This document shows, piece after piece, positions 1-9,973 of a stretch of 64,000 nucleotides of DNA (positions are counted from its first letter, which is position 1; each line of letters begins with the position of its first letter). The notes beneath the pieces were generated by a model. It had not been told where the DNA came from and made no database searches. It saw nothing but the letters and a program-made list of their open reading frames with translations. A program made the translations under genes and the position numbers. The DNA comes from Thermodesulfobacteriota bacterium (GTDB lineage: Bacteria; Desulfobacterota; Desulfobaccia; Desulfobaccales; 0-14-0-80-60-11): the NCBI GenBank assembly GCA_049322355.1, contig JBMORG010000006.1, positions 22,495-86,494 on the forward strand, written 5' to 3'.

Positions 1-1197
1 TGCAAAGAGGCGGTGGACACCATCCTGGAGTTGGTTCGGGTCAAAGAGGAGCACCCGGAGAAACGCCTGGTGGTCACCGGCTGCCTGGTGCAGCGCTATG
101 GTGAGGAACTGGCTGAAGAGCTCCCGGAAGTTGACCTCTTTGTCGGGGTTAACGATTTTCCAGCTCTGCCCGATATGCTTGCAATGGTTGCGACCGGAGA
201 CCCGGAGCGGTTATATCATACGGCCCCCTTGTATGCCTACGCGGCCCCCGAGGTCCGCTACCCCGCCACCCCGGCCCACCTGGCCTACCTCAAAATCGCC
301 GAAGGCTGCAGCCACCGCTGCACTTTTTGCATCATCCCCCGGATTCGGGGGCCGTTGCGCAGCCGCCCTCTGGAAACTTTGGTGCGGGAAGCCGAAAATT
401 TGGCGGCGGGTGGGGTTAAAGAACTCACCCTGGTGGCCCAGGATACCACCGCCTATGGCAGGGAAGCACCGGGCCAGCCGGGGATCTCGGCGTTGCTTAA
501 GGAACTGGCTGCCATTAACGGCTTTCGGTGGATTCGCTTATTATACGGCCATCCGGCCCGGATCAGCCGGGAGTTGCTGGAGACCATGGCCGCGCATCCC
601 CGGATTCTGCCTTACCTGGATATCCCCATTCAACACGGCCATGACGAGGTGCTGCGGCGCATGGGACGGGGTTACGGCCGCCGGGAAATTCTGGACGCAG
701 TGCGGCTTATCAGGGAGATTTTGCCCGGGGCCACGCTGCGCACCACGGTTATGACCGGCTTTCCCGGGGAGACCGAAGAGCATTTTCAGGCCTTAGGCGA
801 TCTGATTGAAGAGGTGCGCTTCGACCACCTGGGTGTGTTTTTATACTGCCCTGAGTCTGGGACGCCTGCAGCACAGTGGAACCCAAAGGTCCCCCGGCGG
901 GAGGCCCGGCGCCGAGCCCGGGTTTTAAAGGCCCTGCAAGCCAAAATCGTCAAGGCCCGGCTTAAGGCTCTGGTGGGCACCGTACAAGAAGTCCTGGTGG
1001 AAGGGGTAAGCCCGGAGAGCGACTATCTCCTCACGGGGCGCATGATTAGCCAGGCCCCGGATATCGATGGCCAGGTGTATATCACCGCGGGAGTCGGGCG
1101 GGTGGGGGAGATTCAGGCGGTGCGCCTCAACCGGGCCTTGCCGTTTGATTTGGTGGGGGAGATTGTGGAAGAGGAAGAAAAGGGAAAAAGCCGATAA
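1..1197 (+). CDS. rimO: Ribosomal protein S12 methylthiotransferase RimO (radical-SAM MTTase), 5' end cut by window edge
   Basis: Frame is open from base 1. Radical-SAM Cx3Cx2C motif in YLKIAEGCSHRCTFCIIPRIRG. C-terminal TRAM-like segment. N-terminal MTTase domain incomplete. Confidence 0.8.
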   Translation, partial: CKEAVDTILELVRVKEEHPEKRLVVTGCLVQRYGEELAEELPEVDLFVGVNDFPALPDMLAMVATGDPERLYHTAPLYAYAAPEVRYPATPAHLAYLKIAEGCSHRCTFCIIPRIRGPLRSRPLETLVREAENLAAGGVKELTLVAQDTTAYGREAPGQPGISALLKELAAINGFRWIRLLYGHPARISRELLETMAAHPRILPYLDIPIQHGHDEVLRRMGRGYGRREILDAVRLIREILPGATLRTTVMTGFPGETEEHFQALGDLIEEVRFDHLGVFLYCPESGTPAAQWNPKVPRREARRRARVLKALQAKIVKARLKALVGTVQEVLVEGVSPESDYLLTGRMISQAPDIDGQVYITAGVGRVGEIQAVRLNRALPFDLVGEIVEEEEKGKSR

Positions 1198-1260
1198 TGG
1201 CGCCCAAATACGCACCGCCGAGGGCCGCGGCGCCACATATTCTTGGGCATAGTGAGCTAA

Positions 1261-1330
1261 TATACTCGTTGCCGATAGAGCCTTTTGCAAAATGTAGCCG
1301 CAGGCTTCAGCCTGCGTTTGCACAGGCTGG
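1261..1330. repeat. Intergenic repeat family C, copy C1 (70 nt)
   Basis: 58 of 70 positions match the reverse complement of 23804-23873 (hand alignment). Contains hairpin gcaggcttcagcctgc. Confidence 0.8.
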
Positions 1331-1497
1331 AAGTCTGTGCCACTGGGTCTTTTTTAGCTACCAAGAAAAAATTTTGGTCTTCGGATGAATTTTGTAAGAA
1401 GCTCAATAGGTTTGCCTATTCGAGAGCCTCAGGTGAGATCCCTGCATCAAGCCCAGGCGAGACGCCTGCGCCACCAACTCTTAGTCCCAAGCTCCCT

Positions 1498-2865
1498 TCA
1501 ACCTTTGTTTTCTGCCAACCGCCCGGAGCGCCAGGCATAGAGAAAATACACCACCAGGCCCAGCGCCAGCCACAGAAACAGCCGCAGCCAGGAGCCTTCC
1601 GGCATGGAGAGCATCAAACCCAGGCAGACCAGGACGCCGGTCGCAGCTACCAGTTTGCCCCCGGGGCAGCGAAAAGGGCGGGGCAAGGCCGGCTGAGTGA
1701 AGCGCAGCACCAGCACCCCCAGGCATACCAGAAAAAAAGCGAACAGAGTACCGATGTTGCACAAATAAGCCAGCTTGTCGATGGGAGTAAGCGAGGCCAC
1801 CAGGGCCACGGCTCCGCCGCAAAGCAGGGTCATGCGGTGGGGGGTGCGATAGCGGGGATGGAGCGCCGCCACCGCGCCCGGCAGCAGGCCGTCCCGGGCC
1901 ATGGCAAAGAGCACCCGGGGTTGGGCCAACAGCAGCATATAGAGCACGCTGGTAATGCCGATGAGGGCCCCGAGACCCACCAGGTCCGCAGCCCAGGGCA
2001 GATTCACCTGCCGAAAAACCGTGGAAAACGGGGCGTCCGGATCGATGCGGGTGTAAGACACCATGCCCACCAGGACGAGGGCTACAGCCAGGTAGATTAG
2101 GCTGCAAAGGGCAAGGGAGCCGATGATGCCGAAGGGGACGTCCTTCTCCGGCCTTCGGGATTCTTCGGCGGTAATGGCCACCACGTCGAACCCCAGGTAG
2201 GCGAAGAACACCAGGGACGCGGCCTGGATAATGCTGCCGCCCCCGAAGGGGATAAAGGGCGTCCAGTTGGCAGGCCTGATATAAAAAACCCCCAGGGCCA
2301 GTATGAAGGCAATGACGCCCAGCTTGACGGCCACCAGTCCCCGGGCGATGAGGGCGTTCAGGCGGGTGCGGAAGATCAAGAGTACTGCAAAGCCCATAAC
2401 TACCAGGGCCGCGGGCAGGTTGATGACGCGTCCCGGCGTGGTGAAGGGCGGACCGCTGGCCCATAGGGGCAGGGTCAGGCCATAGGCCCGGAGCAAGTCC
2501 TGAAGGTAGAAGGACCAGCCCGCAGCCACGGTGGCGGCCCCCATGCCATACTCCAGGATCAGGTCCCAGCCGATGATCCAGGCCGCCAATTCCCCAAAAA
2601 TTCCATAGGCATAGGTGTAGGCGCTACCCGCCTGGGGCATCATGGAGGCCAGTTCGGCGTAACACAGAGCCGCCAGGGTGCAGGCGCCCCCGGCCAGCAG
2701 AAAAGACAGGATGATGCCCGGGCCGGCGATCTTCACCCCTATCCCGGAAATCACGAAAATGCCGGCCCCGATAATCTGGGCCACTCCGATAACCACCAAG
2801 TCCAGGCGCGTGAGACTGCGCTTCAAGGTGGGGATGCCATCCCTTCCGGCCGGGCCAAGGTGCAA
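1498..2865 (-). CDS. Amino acid permease (APC superfamily)
   Basis: 455-aa polytopic membrane ORF. N-terminal LDLVVIGVAQIIGAGIFV and Gly-rich TM pattern are typical of APC/cationic amino-acid transporters. Confidence 0.75.
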   Translation of the reverse strand: MHLGPAGRDGIPTLKRSLTRLDLVVIGVAQIIGAGIFVISGIGVKIAGPGIILSFLLAGGACTLAALCYAELASMMPQAGSAYTYAYGIFGELAAWIIGWDLILEYGMGAATVAAGWSFYLQDLLRAYGLTLPLWASGPPFTTPGRVINLPAALVVMGFAVLLIFRTRLNALIARGLVAVKLGVIAFILALGVFYIRPANWTPFIPFGGGSIIQAASLVFFAYLGFDVVAITAEESRRPEKDVPFGIIGSLALCSLIYLAVALVLVGMVSYTRIDPDAPFSTVFRQVNLPWAADLVGLGALIGITSVLYMLLLAQPRVLFAMARDGLLPGAVAALHPRYRTPHRMTLLCGGAVALVASLTPIDKLAYLCNIGTLFAFFLVCLGVLVLRFTQPALPRPFRCPGGKLVAATGVLVCLGLMLSMPEGSWLRLFLWLALGLVVYFLYAWRSGRLAENKG

Positions 2866-2930
2866 CGGTTGTTTAGCCAGCAGACGCCGGCCTAAGGATC
2901 GCCAGCTCGGACCGGAGGCGGGCGCAGCCT

Positions 2931-3509
2931 TCAGAACTCCACAGCCTCCGCATTAATCTGGAGTTGAGGTCCACTACCACGGCCCGGCGGCAGGTTCACT
3001 GTTCCGGTGACGGTGATGGGTTTATCCAGGGGGGTGGAAGTGAGGGTTTGGACCAGCTTCGGGTCCGGCAAATTGCCGAACAAGACCTCCACCAAGCCCT
3101 GAGGCGATTTGAGGATAAGGGATTTATGGTGCATCATCACCGGGCCCACCTCGCCCTTGACTGTTACCCGGGTCCCCAGATAGCGCTCTTTAGCGGCCAA
3201 AAGCTGCCCTACGGTCAGGGCTTCCGGGCCCAAAGGCGGGCTTCCCATGGCCATTGGTTCCGAAGGTGGGGTGGGAGGCAGGGCCGGCTGTTTCAGCATC
3301 TCAATAATGGCCTGCTGCCCGCCCTGCAGTTGGTTGAGCTTTTCCTGTAAGGCGGTTACCTGGCCCTTAAGCGCCTGAATCTCTTGTCGGAGTTCCTCTT
3401 CCTTGTGGCTTGCAGGGGTGCAGGCGTATAGAAACGCCAGCGTCATAAGCAGGGCAATGAGGCAGCGGCGGCTCCCAGTTGCCATTGGCTGTGCCAGGCC
3501 GTGAGCCAT
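2931..3509 (-). CDS. Hypothetical lipoprotein with coiled-coil segment
   Basis: Signal peptide ending in lipobox-like LAFLYAC. Heptad-like EELRQEIQALKGQVTALQEKLNQLQ. No catalytic motif recognised. Alternative start at 3485. Confidence 0.5.
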   Translation of the reverse strand: MAHGLAQPMATGSRRCLIALLMTLAFLYACTPASHKEEELRQEIQALKGQVTALQEKLNQLQGGQQAIIEMLKQPALPPTPPSEPMAMGSPPLGPEALTVGQLLAAKERYLGTRVTVKGEVGPVMMHHKSLILKSPQGLVEVLFGNLPDPKLVQTLTSTPLDKPITVTGTVNLPPGRGSGPQLQINAEAVEF

Positions 3510-3678
3510 AATCGGGTGACCTCGGAAATTCGACTTTAAAGAGCCTTAAGCCCAGGCTGCATCAGGTGGTAGGCCCCGATTTAGCCTAATCCCAGTTTAA
3601 AAGATAAATTCTTTAACGGCAATGATTAATACCAAGTCTATGCGGAAAGACCTCTCCGGGTCATAATTATCCACCCGC

Positions 3679-4368
3679 CTAAATATTGAACCGAATCTCG
3701 ATGATGTCCCCTTCATGGATGGTGTAATCACGGTCCACCAGCTTAACCAGTCCCTTGGATCGGGCTTCCTGCATGTTATAGACCTGCAAAAAATCGTCGT
3801 AATTGACGATATCGGCCTTGATGAACCCCCGGGCCAGATCGGAGTGAATCTTCCCGGCGCAGGTGACAATGTCCGAATCCTGAGGTACCGGCCAGGCATG
3901 CACTTCCTTTTTATCCGCAGTGTAGAAAAAGACGATGCCAGATTTTTTCAGGATTCTGGTGATGGCCTCATTCAGTTCTGGCGCCTCCGCCAAGATGAGA
4001 GTGGGCTTTAAACTCAAGGGGGCCAGAGTCCGCAACAGGCTCAATTCCGCCCCGCTGAAGTGCCCGTCACACAGCGGCACTTCCTGCTCCAGATAATTCA
4101 GGCACTTCGTTAAAAGCTCTTGTTCCACTGCATCCGTGGTCCGGTCCCGGCGGGTCTCCAGTTTTTCCATGTCCAGGATCAACAAGTCCCAGACCCGTTC
4201 CCGGGCTACCAGGAACCCGTCACAGTGAGTAAAATCGTCCCGGGTGAATTCGACGTAAAACGGGGTGATTTTCTTGGGGGATAATTTCTGGTCCAGAGTG
4301 ATGACTCGCTCATCCTGGTACTTCACTTTGCCCTCGGGCAAGTCAAATCCAATGCTGCATATCTTCAT
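3679..4368 (-). CDS. YchF-related protein lacking the P-loop G domain (DUF933/TGS-like C-terminus)
   Basis: C-terminal HSDLARGFIKADIVNYDDF ... DRDYTIHEGDIIEIRFNI resembles the YchF C-terminal domain. N-terminus MKICSIGFDLPEGK has no GxxxxGK[ST] motif. 229 aa, versus about 360 for YchF. Confidence 0.6.
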   Translation of the reverse strand: MKICSIGFDLPEGKVKYQDERVITLDQKLSPKKITPFYVEFTRDDFTHCDGFLVARERVWDLLILDMEKLETRRDRTTDAVEQELLTKCLNYLEQEVPLCDGHFSGAELSLLRTLAPLSLKPTLILAEAPELNEAITRILKKSGIVFFYTADKKEVHAWPVPQDSDIVTCAGKIHSDLARGFIKADIVNYDDFLQVYNMQEARSKGLVKLVDRDYTIHEGDIIEIRFNI

Positions 4369-4527
4369 TGACTTTTACCTCACTCGCAGGGCGCACCCTC
4401 AGGTCCGCCCTCACAAATAACTTTTTATGAGACCAACTTGATATCGCTCACACAAAACCGGCAGGGCCTGTTGGACCCCGCCGGCAAGATAGTGCTGTTT
4501 GGTCCTGCTCTCTTTGAAGCCGGTAGT

Positions 4528-4857
4528 TTACCGATAGCCGCCGCGACCGCCGCGACCTCCACCTCCGCCGCCCCGGGGGCCCCCACCTCCTCCCCGGAAA
4601 CCGCCGCCCCGGGCCTGGGGCCTGGCCTCATTAACCGCCAACACCCGGCCTTCCACTTCACGGCCGTTCAGCATAGAAATGGCTTTTTGCCCCTCCAGTT
4701 TGGTCTCCATCTCCACGAAACCGAAGCCCCTGGGTTGACCGGTCTGCCGGTCCGTAATGATTTTGGCCGAGGCCACATGACCGGCCTCGTTGAAGAGGCC
4801 CTTGAGTTCGGCTTCACTCATGTTATGGGGCAGATTACCCACGTATAATTTAATCAC
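4528..4857 (-). CDS. RRM-type RNA-binding protein with Gly/Arg-rich tail
   Basis: RNP2 KLYVGNL and RNP1 RGFGFVEM motifs. RGG-rich C-terminus. GTG at 4857 preceded by GGAGGAG; the track ORF extends to a GTG at 4881. Confidence 0.8.
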   Translation of the reverse strand: MIKLYVGNLPHNMSEAELKGLFNEAGHVASAKIITDRQTGQPRGFGFVEMETKLEGQKAISMLNGREVEGRVLAVNEARPQARGGGFRGGGGGPRGGGGGGRGGRGGYR

Positions 4858-4932
4858 AATCTCCTCCGAAAGTGGCGACACGATACCCCTGCCCCGATGG
4901 TGTCGCCCGACCCGATCTGGAGGAGAATTTGG

Positions 4933-5088
4933 TTATTCCTCAATAATTCCTTCTTCCTGCGCCTTAGGTTCTTCTGGGTTTGCTTCGGCAGTGGCCCGCT
5001 TTTGGCGCTTTTTCATCTTTTCATCGCTTTTCTGCTTCCGGGCGATTTCCTTGGCTCGTTTTTCCCAGCCATATCGGTTGCGGGCCAC
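4933..5088 (-). CDS. Small charged hypothetical protein, 51 aa (below ORF-track size cutoff)
   Basis: GTG start 6 nt after AGGAGG, with an in-frame TGA just upstream. Translation MARNRYGWEKRAKEIARKQKSDEKMKKRQKRATAEANPEEPKAQEEGIIEE. Lies between the csp and RRM genes on the same strand. Confidence 0.4.
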   Translation of the reverse strand: MARNRYGWEKRAKEIARKQKSDEKMKKRQKRATAEANPEEPKAQEEGIIEE

Positions 5089-5115
5089 GGCTCACCTCCT
5101 TGGGGTCGAGATGGC

Positions 5116-5148
5116 GGAACTCCGGGACCTGAAGGCCACCGGAGTTCC
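5116..5148 (-). other. Perfect 10-bp stem-loop between csp gene and small ORF
   Basis: ggaactccgg / ccggagttcc with a 13-nt loop. No U-run. Located immediately upstream of the small ORF's SD. Confidence 0.5.
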
Positions 5149-5168
5149 CAGATTCAAGTGGTTACCAG

Positions 5169-5372
5169 TTAGAGCTTGGTGACGTTCTGTGCCTGAGGGC
5201 CTTTCTGGCCCTGAACCACCTCAAACTCGACTTCCTGATCCTCTGCCAGAGTCCGGAAGCCTTCGCTCTGGATTGCGCTGTGGTGCACAAAGACATCGGG
5301 GCCGTTCTCCCGGGAGATAAAACCAAAACCCTTAGAATCGTTGAACCACTTTACTCTTCCTCTTTCCTTCAT
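5169..5372 (-). CDS. Cold-shock protein (CspA family)
   Basis: [12 protein letters not shown] and [11 protein letters not shown] motifs. ATG at 5372 preceded by AGGAGG. 67 aa; the track ORF is over-extended to 5468. Confidence 0.9.
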   Translation of the reverse strand: MKERGRVKWFNDSKGFGFISRENGPDVFVHHSAIQSEGFRTLAEDQEVEFEVVQGQKGPQAQNVTKL

Positions 5373-5533
5373 GAATGAGGAACCTCCTAAAATTTGTAAC
5401 ACTTTATCCCGCCCCACGAGCAGGACCGCGAGAGCAGCCAGGCAAAAAAAAAGGAAGGTATTTAGCATCCCCTTCCGATCTATGGCCAGGGCCCGCAGCC
5501 CTGCCTTCAGTCTGACATGCTATCTACGCTTAC

Positions 5534-5562
5534 AATTTAATGCGAATAATGGGGGATGTCAA
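5534..5562 (-). promoter_or_regulatory. Sigma70-like promoter of csp gene (TTGACA-N17-TAAATT)
   Basis: Read on the minus strand. Implies a 5' UTR of roughly 150 nt. Confidence 0.4.
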
Positions 5563-5673
5563 GCAAAATAAAGGGAAAGATGCAGTAACGCCCCTATTGT
5601 ATTATGTGGTCCCCTGTCAGGCTTTGCGACAGACCAATGACATGATTTCATTGCAATAATTCGGTGCAGCCCC

Positions 5674-6648
5674 TCAATGGGTGCGGGCCAGGAGTTCCTC
5701 GGTGATGGCCCAAAAGTAAGTCTTTTCCTGAGAAGGCGGGAAAGAAGCAAGGCAAGCCTGGGCCTTGAGGGTATAGCTTCGGGCTACCCCCCGGGCGTGT
5801 TCCAGGGAGCCGTACTTATCCAGGAGGCCCTTAAGTTCCGGGGCCGACTCCGGAGTCAGGTTCTGAGCAATGGTTTCCAAACGTTCCCGGTCGACAGGAT
5901 TAGCCTGGGCTAAAGCATGGATCAGGGGTAGGGTAACGCGGCCTTCTCTAAGGTCTGCACAGACTTCTTTGCCCAACTCGCGTTCGTCTCCGGTGTAGTC
6001 CAGAATATCGTCCACCACTTGGAAAGTGATCCCCAGGTTCAATCCCATCTGGCTCAAAGCCTCCTCCTGGGTGTCGGGAACGCCGGCCAGAATGGCCCCG
6101 ATCTGACAGGCTGCCGACATGAGGATCGCGGTCTTGCGGGTGATGACCTCGAAATAATCGGCTTCGGTAATCTTAAGATTTCCGGCGTGCAATAGTTGAA
6201 GGATTTCTCCTTCAGCCATCATGGTGGTGGCGTGGGACAAAACCTGGAGGATTTTCAATTTATTGGTGGTTACCGCCAGGGACAGGGCCTTGGCCAGAAG
6301 AAAGTCTCCCACCAGGATTACCGCCTGGTTGCCCCAAATGGTGTTGGCGGTGGAAACCCCCCGGCGCACGTTGGCCGCGTCTATGACATCGTCGTGTAAC
6401 AGTGTGGCCGCGTGCAGATATTCGAAGATCGTGGAAAAATCGCTCAGATGGTTGCCCTGACAGCCGCACATCCGGGCCGATAGGATGAATAACAAGGGAC
6501 GGACGCGCTTGCCGCCACTGAGCAGAATATGGCGCCCCACTTCCGCAATCAACGGCACATGTGTCTGGAGATTGGCTCCCAGGGCCATATTGATGGCGGC
6601 AACATCTTTTTCCAGGTCTTTCAGGATACTTTTGCCAGAGGCGCCCAT
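5674..6648 (-). CDS. Long-chain all-trans polyprenyl diphosphate synthase (IspB-like)
   Basis: FARM LLHDDVID and SARM VVDDILD aspartate-rich motifs. 324 aa. Confidence 0.8.
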   Translation of the reverse strand: MGASGKSILKDLEKDVAAINMALGANLQTHVPLIAEVGRHILLSGGKRVRPLLFILSARMCGCQGNHLSDFSTIFEYLHAATLLHDDVIDAANVRRGVSTANTIWGNQAVILVGDFLLAKALSLAVTTNKLKILQVLSHATTMMAEGEILQLLHAGNLKITEADYFEVITRKTAILMSAACQIGAILAGVPDTQEEALSQMGLNLGITFQVVDDILDYTGDERELGKEVCADLREGRVTLPLIHALAQANPVDRERLETIAQNLTPESAPELKGLLDKYGSLEHARGVARSYTLKAQACLASFPPSQEKTYFWAITEELLARTH

Positions 6649-6996
6649 TGTGAATAAATTAACTTATATCTCCGGGGAAGTCAATAATTTAGGGAAAGGG
6701 CCGCATAGCTCCTCTCCTTAGACGGCTAAGGGGGAATTCCGGAATGAAATGCACCAGGCGGGCGTGTGCCGCGGCTTTTCCCTAAGTCTCAATGTCTTTG
6801 CACTTAATCACCACAAATTATACCGAAGTTGTGCCAGCACAAGTAATTTACGGGGCACATCTGAGTGTACGCCCTTTATGAGGCCGGACACATAAAGATG
6901 AGCCCCTTCAAAATAAAGATAAGCTACCCATAGGACGCAACTCGGTATTGATGGCAACCTCTATCTTATTCTGTCTAAGCAATTTAAGTAATAGTA

Positions 6997-7022
6997 AAGG
7001 CAGAGGTCTCCACCCCTGCCTT
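6997..7022 (-). terminator. Hairpin downstream of dxs
   Basis: aaggcag / ctgcctt stem. On the minus strand it is followed by a T-rich tactattactt. Confidence 0.35.
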
Positions 7023-7060
7023 GCTTTCCGCCCAAAAACTAAACCTGAAACCAAGAACCT

Positions 7061-9019
7061 CTAATTAAATGTGCCCCACACTACTTTTTTGGGCTGGGCT
7101 GGCTGCGCCAGGATGTCCAGAGCACTTTTCAGGATACCGTGTGCATCCAACCCATATTTTTTGCGGAGTATATCCTGGGTGCCATGTTCCACGAAGACAT
7201 CGGGAATTCCCAGGCGTTTCACGGTGATGCCGAATAGGCCCCGGTCCGCTAAAAGTTCCAGCACCGCGCTGCCGAACCCGCCGGCCAGCACGTTTTCCTC
7301 CACCGTCAGGACACGGCCGTGTTTGGCCGCCAGACTCAAGATCAGATGCTCATCCAGGGGTTTGACGAACCGGGCGTTAACCACGGTGGCGCTGAAACCT
7401 TGTTTATCCAGTTCCTTGGCTGCGTCCAATGCCGGGTACACCGCAGCCCCCAGAGCCATGATGAGCAGATCTTCCCCTTCTTGCAAAACCTCGGCCTTGC
7501 CGAGGGGCAGTTTGCTCAGGGTGGAGGAAAACGCCACGCCAACGCCCCGGCCGCGGGGATACCGGATGGCGATGGGACCCGGGTGCTCCACCGCGGTGAA
7601 GAGCATATCACGCAATTCGTTTTCGTCCTTGGGGGCCATCAAGACCAGGTTAGGCAGATGGCGCAGGTACGACAGGTCGAAAAGCCCCTGGTGGGTCTCC
7701 CCGTCTTCGCCCACAATGCCGCCCCGGTCCAGAGCAAAGACCACCGGGAGCTTCTGGATACAGACATCGTGGAGCACCTGGTCATAGGCCCGCTGCAGGA
7801 AGGTGGAGTAGATGGTGGCCACGGGCCGCATGCCCTCCAGGGCCAGGCCCCCGGCGAAGGTGACGGCGTGCTGCTCACAGATGCCCACATCAAAAAAGCG
7901 GGAGGGGAACTCCTTGCGGAAGTCCACCAGGCCGGTGCCGTCGGGCATGGCCGCGGTAATGGCCACTATCCTGGGGTTCTCCCGGCCCAGGCGCACCAGG
8001 GTATCGCCGAAGACATCGGTGTAAGTGGGTACCTCACTCACACTCTTCTTGGGCTCGCCGGTATCGGGGTCGAATTTGCCCAGGCCGTGAAAGCCGGTGG
8101 GGTCGGTTTCGGCAGGCTCGTAGCCTTTACCTTTGATGGTGCGCACGTGGACCAGAATGGGTCCCTTTAAGTTCTTGACATTGTTCAATGTTTCAATCAA
8201 GTGGTCCAGGCGGTGCCCGTTTACCGGCCCCAGGTAGGTGAATTTCAGGGCTTCGAAGAGCATGCCTGGGGTGAAAAAGGCCTTGAAGGATTCTTCGCTC
8301 CGCTTGGCCCAAGCCAACAAGTCATCGCCGATGGCCGGCAGGGAGCGCAGGAGGTTCTCCACCTGCTTCTTTAGAAAGACCATGGTGGGCCGGGTGAGTT
8401 GGCGGCTTAAAAAAGAAGACAAGGCTCCCACATTGGGGGCAATGGACATGCCGTTGTCGTTTAAAATCACGATGAGGTCTTTGTTCAGGTCCCCGGCGTT
8501 GTTGAGGCCCTCAAAAGCGAGGCCGGCCGTCATGGAGCCGTCGCCGATCACCGCAATCACCCGGTGGCGTTCCCGCCTCAGGCAGCGGGCGCTGGCGATC
8601 CCCAAAGCGGCAGAGATGGATGTGGAACTATGTCCGGTGTCAAAAGCGTCGTAGGGACTTTCGCCGCGCTTGGGAAAGCCGCTGATGCCGCCGTGCTGAC
8701 GCAGGCTGGGAAACTGTTCCTTACGCCCCGTGAGCAACTTATGGGCATAGGCCTGGTGCCCCACATCCCAGACGATTTTGTCCCGGGGGCAATCAAAAAC
8801 ATAGTGCAGGGCGATGGAGAGTTCCACTACTCCCAGGCTGGGGGCCAGGTGCCCTCCGGTGCGGGCCACGGTGGAGATGATGGTATCCCGAATTTCCTGG
8901 GCCAACTGCGGCAGGAACTCCGGTGGCAACCTCTTTAAATCCTGGGGATTATTGATGGTATCCAACAAACGGCGGGCCGAAGCATCCGGTTTGGAGCCCT
9001 GTCGAGTGTCCATGTGCAC
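7061..9019 (-). CDS. dxs: 1-deoxy-D-xylulose-5-phosphate synthase
   Basis: 652 aa. The N-terminal [27 protein letters not shown], the GDG-containing stretch [20 protein letters not shown] and the transketolase-like C-terminus all fit Dxs. Confidence 0.95.
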   Translation of the reverse strand: MHMDTRQGSKPDASARRLLDTINNPQDLKRLPPEFLPQLAQEIRDTIISTVARTGGHLAPSLGVVELSIALHYVFDCPRDKIVWDVGHQAYAHKLLTGRKEQFPSLRQHGGISGFPKRGESPYDAFDTGHSSTSISAALGIASARCLRRERHRVIAVIGDGSMTAGLAFEGLNNAGDLNKDLIVILNDNGMSIAPNVGALSSFLSRQLTRPTMVFLKKQVENLLRSLPAIGDDLLAWAKRSEESFKAFFTPGMLFEALKFTYLGPVNGHRLDHLIETLNNVKNLKGPILVHVRTIKGKGYEPAETDPTGFHGLGKFDPDTGEPKKSVSEVPTYTDVFGDTLVRLGRENPRIVAITAAMPDGTGLVDFRKEFPSRFFDVGICEQHAVTFAGGLALEGMRPVATIYSTFLQRAYDQVLHDVCIQKLPVVFALDRGGIVGEDGETHQGLFDLSYLRHLPNLVLMAPKDENELRDMLFTAVEHPGPIAIRYPRGRGVGVAFSSTLSKLPLGKAEVLQEGEDLLIMALGAAVYPALDAAKELDKQGFSATVVNARFVKPLDEHLILSLAAKHGRVLTVEENVLAGGFGSAVLELLADRGLFGITVKRLGIPDVFVEHGTQDILRKKYGLDAHGILKSALDILAQPAQPKKVVWGTFN

Positions 9020-9065
9020 CTAACCTTTTATGATTAATGTAGCTTAATATAAACCACCCTAAATT

Positions 9066-9968
9066 TCAAGACCGCCGCACCAGCAGGTACCGCGCCAATT
9101 CCCGCAAAGGTTCGGCCCGGTCCTCGAAGGTTTCCAGCGCCGTAACAGCCTCAGCTACCAGGCGTTTGGCCCACTCCCGGGTGGCTTCCAGACCCAGGAC
9201 CGCGGGATAGGTGGCCTTTTGGCGCTTTTCATCCATGCCCGCAGCCTTGCCCATTTCCGCAGTCTCCCCTTCTACATCTAAAAGATCATCGGTAACTTGA
9301 AACGCTAACCCAAATTTTTCACCATACGTGGTCAGTGCGGTCACTTCGGCCCGACTGCCGCCCCCCGTGAGGGCCCCGGCCCGGACCGCGGCAGTAAGCA
9401 AAGCCCCGGTCTTGTGGCGGTGGATAGTTTCCAGTTCCTTTAAGGTTACCCGGCGGCCTTCTGCCAATAGGTCCAACATCTGGCCTCCCACCATACCCTG
9501 ATAACCGGCAGCCGTGGCCACCAAGTTAATCACTTCCAGCAGGACTCTTTCCCGGCCTTCATATTTGTCAGCCGCCCCGGCCAGAGTGTGAAAGGCTTCG
9601 GTGAGCAAACCGTCTCCCGCCAGGATGGCGGTGGCTTCGTCAAATTGCTTGTGACAGGTGGGTTGGCCCCGGCGTAGGTCATCGTCGTCCATGGCCGGCA
9701 GGTCGTCATGGATCAGGGAATAGGTGTGGATCATCTCCAGGGCACACGCCACGGGCAGGGCTTCTCCTGGGTCGCCCCGCACCGCTTCCGCCGCGGCCAG
9801 GCACAGGATGGGGCGCAGCCTTTTGCCGCCCACGAACAGGCTGTAGTGCATGGCCTGGGTGACCCGGAAGGCCGGCCCCCGCACTGCTGGCAGATATGCT
9901 TCCAGGGCCCGGTTGATTAACTTTCGGCGCTCTTCCAAATAAGCCCTAAGGTCGAAATTTTCGCTCAT
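9066..9968 (-). CDS. ispA: Farnesyl/geranylgeranyl diphosphate synthase
   Basis: LIHDDLPAMDDDDLRRG and FQVTDDLLD motifs. Conserved xseB-ispA-dxs order. Confidence 0.9.
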   Translation of the reverse strand: MSENFDLRAYLEERRKLINRALEAYLPAVRGPAFRVTQAMHYSLFVGGKRLRPILCLAAAEAVRGDPGEALPVACALEMIHTYSLIHDDLPAMDDDDLRRGQPTCHKQFDEATAILAGDGLLTEAFHTLAGAADKYEGRERVLLEVINLVATAAGYQGMVGGQMLDLLAEGRRVTLKELETIHRHKTGALLTAAVRAGALTGGGSRAEVTALTTYGEKFGLAFQVTDDLLDVEGETAEMGKAAGMDEKRQKATYPAVLGLEATREWAKRLVAEAVTALETFEDRAEPLRELARYLLVRRS

Positions 9969-9973
9969 ATTCG

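Noticed and set aside
1285-2464. 271-aa plus-strand and 327-aa minus-strand ORFs overlapping the permease gene
   Set aside because: The 455-aa permease frame has clear transporter features. The others are Arg/Pro/Gly-rich shadows, and the 5' part of the plus-strand ORF is made of repeat family C.
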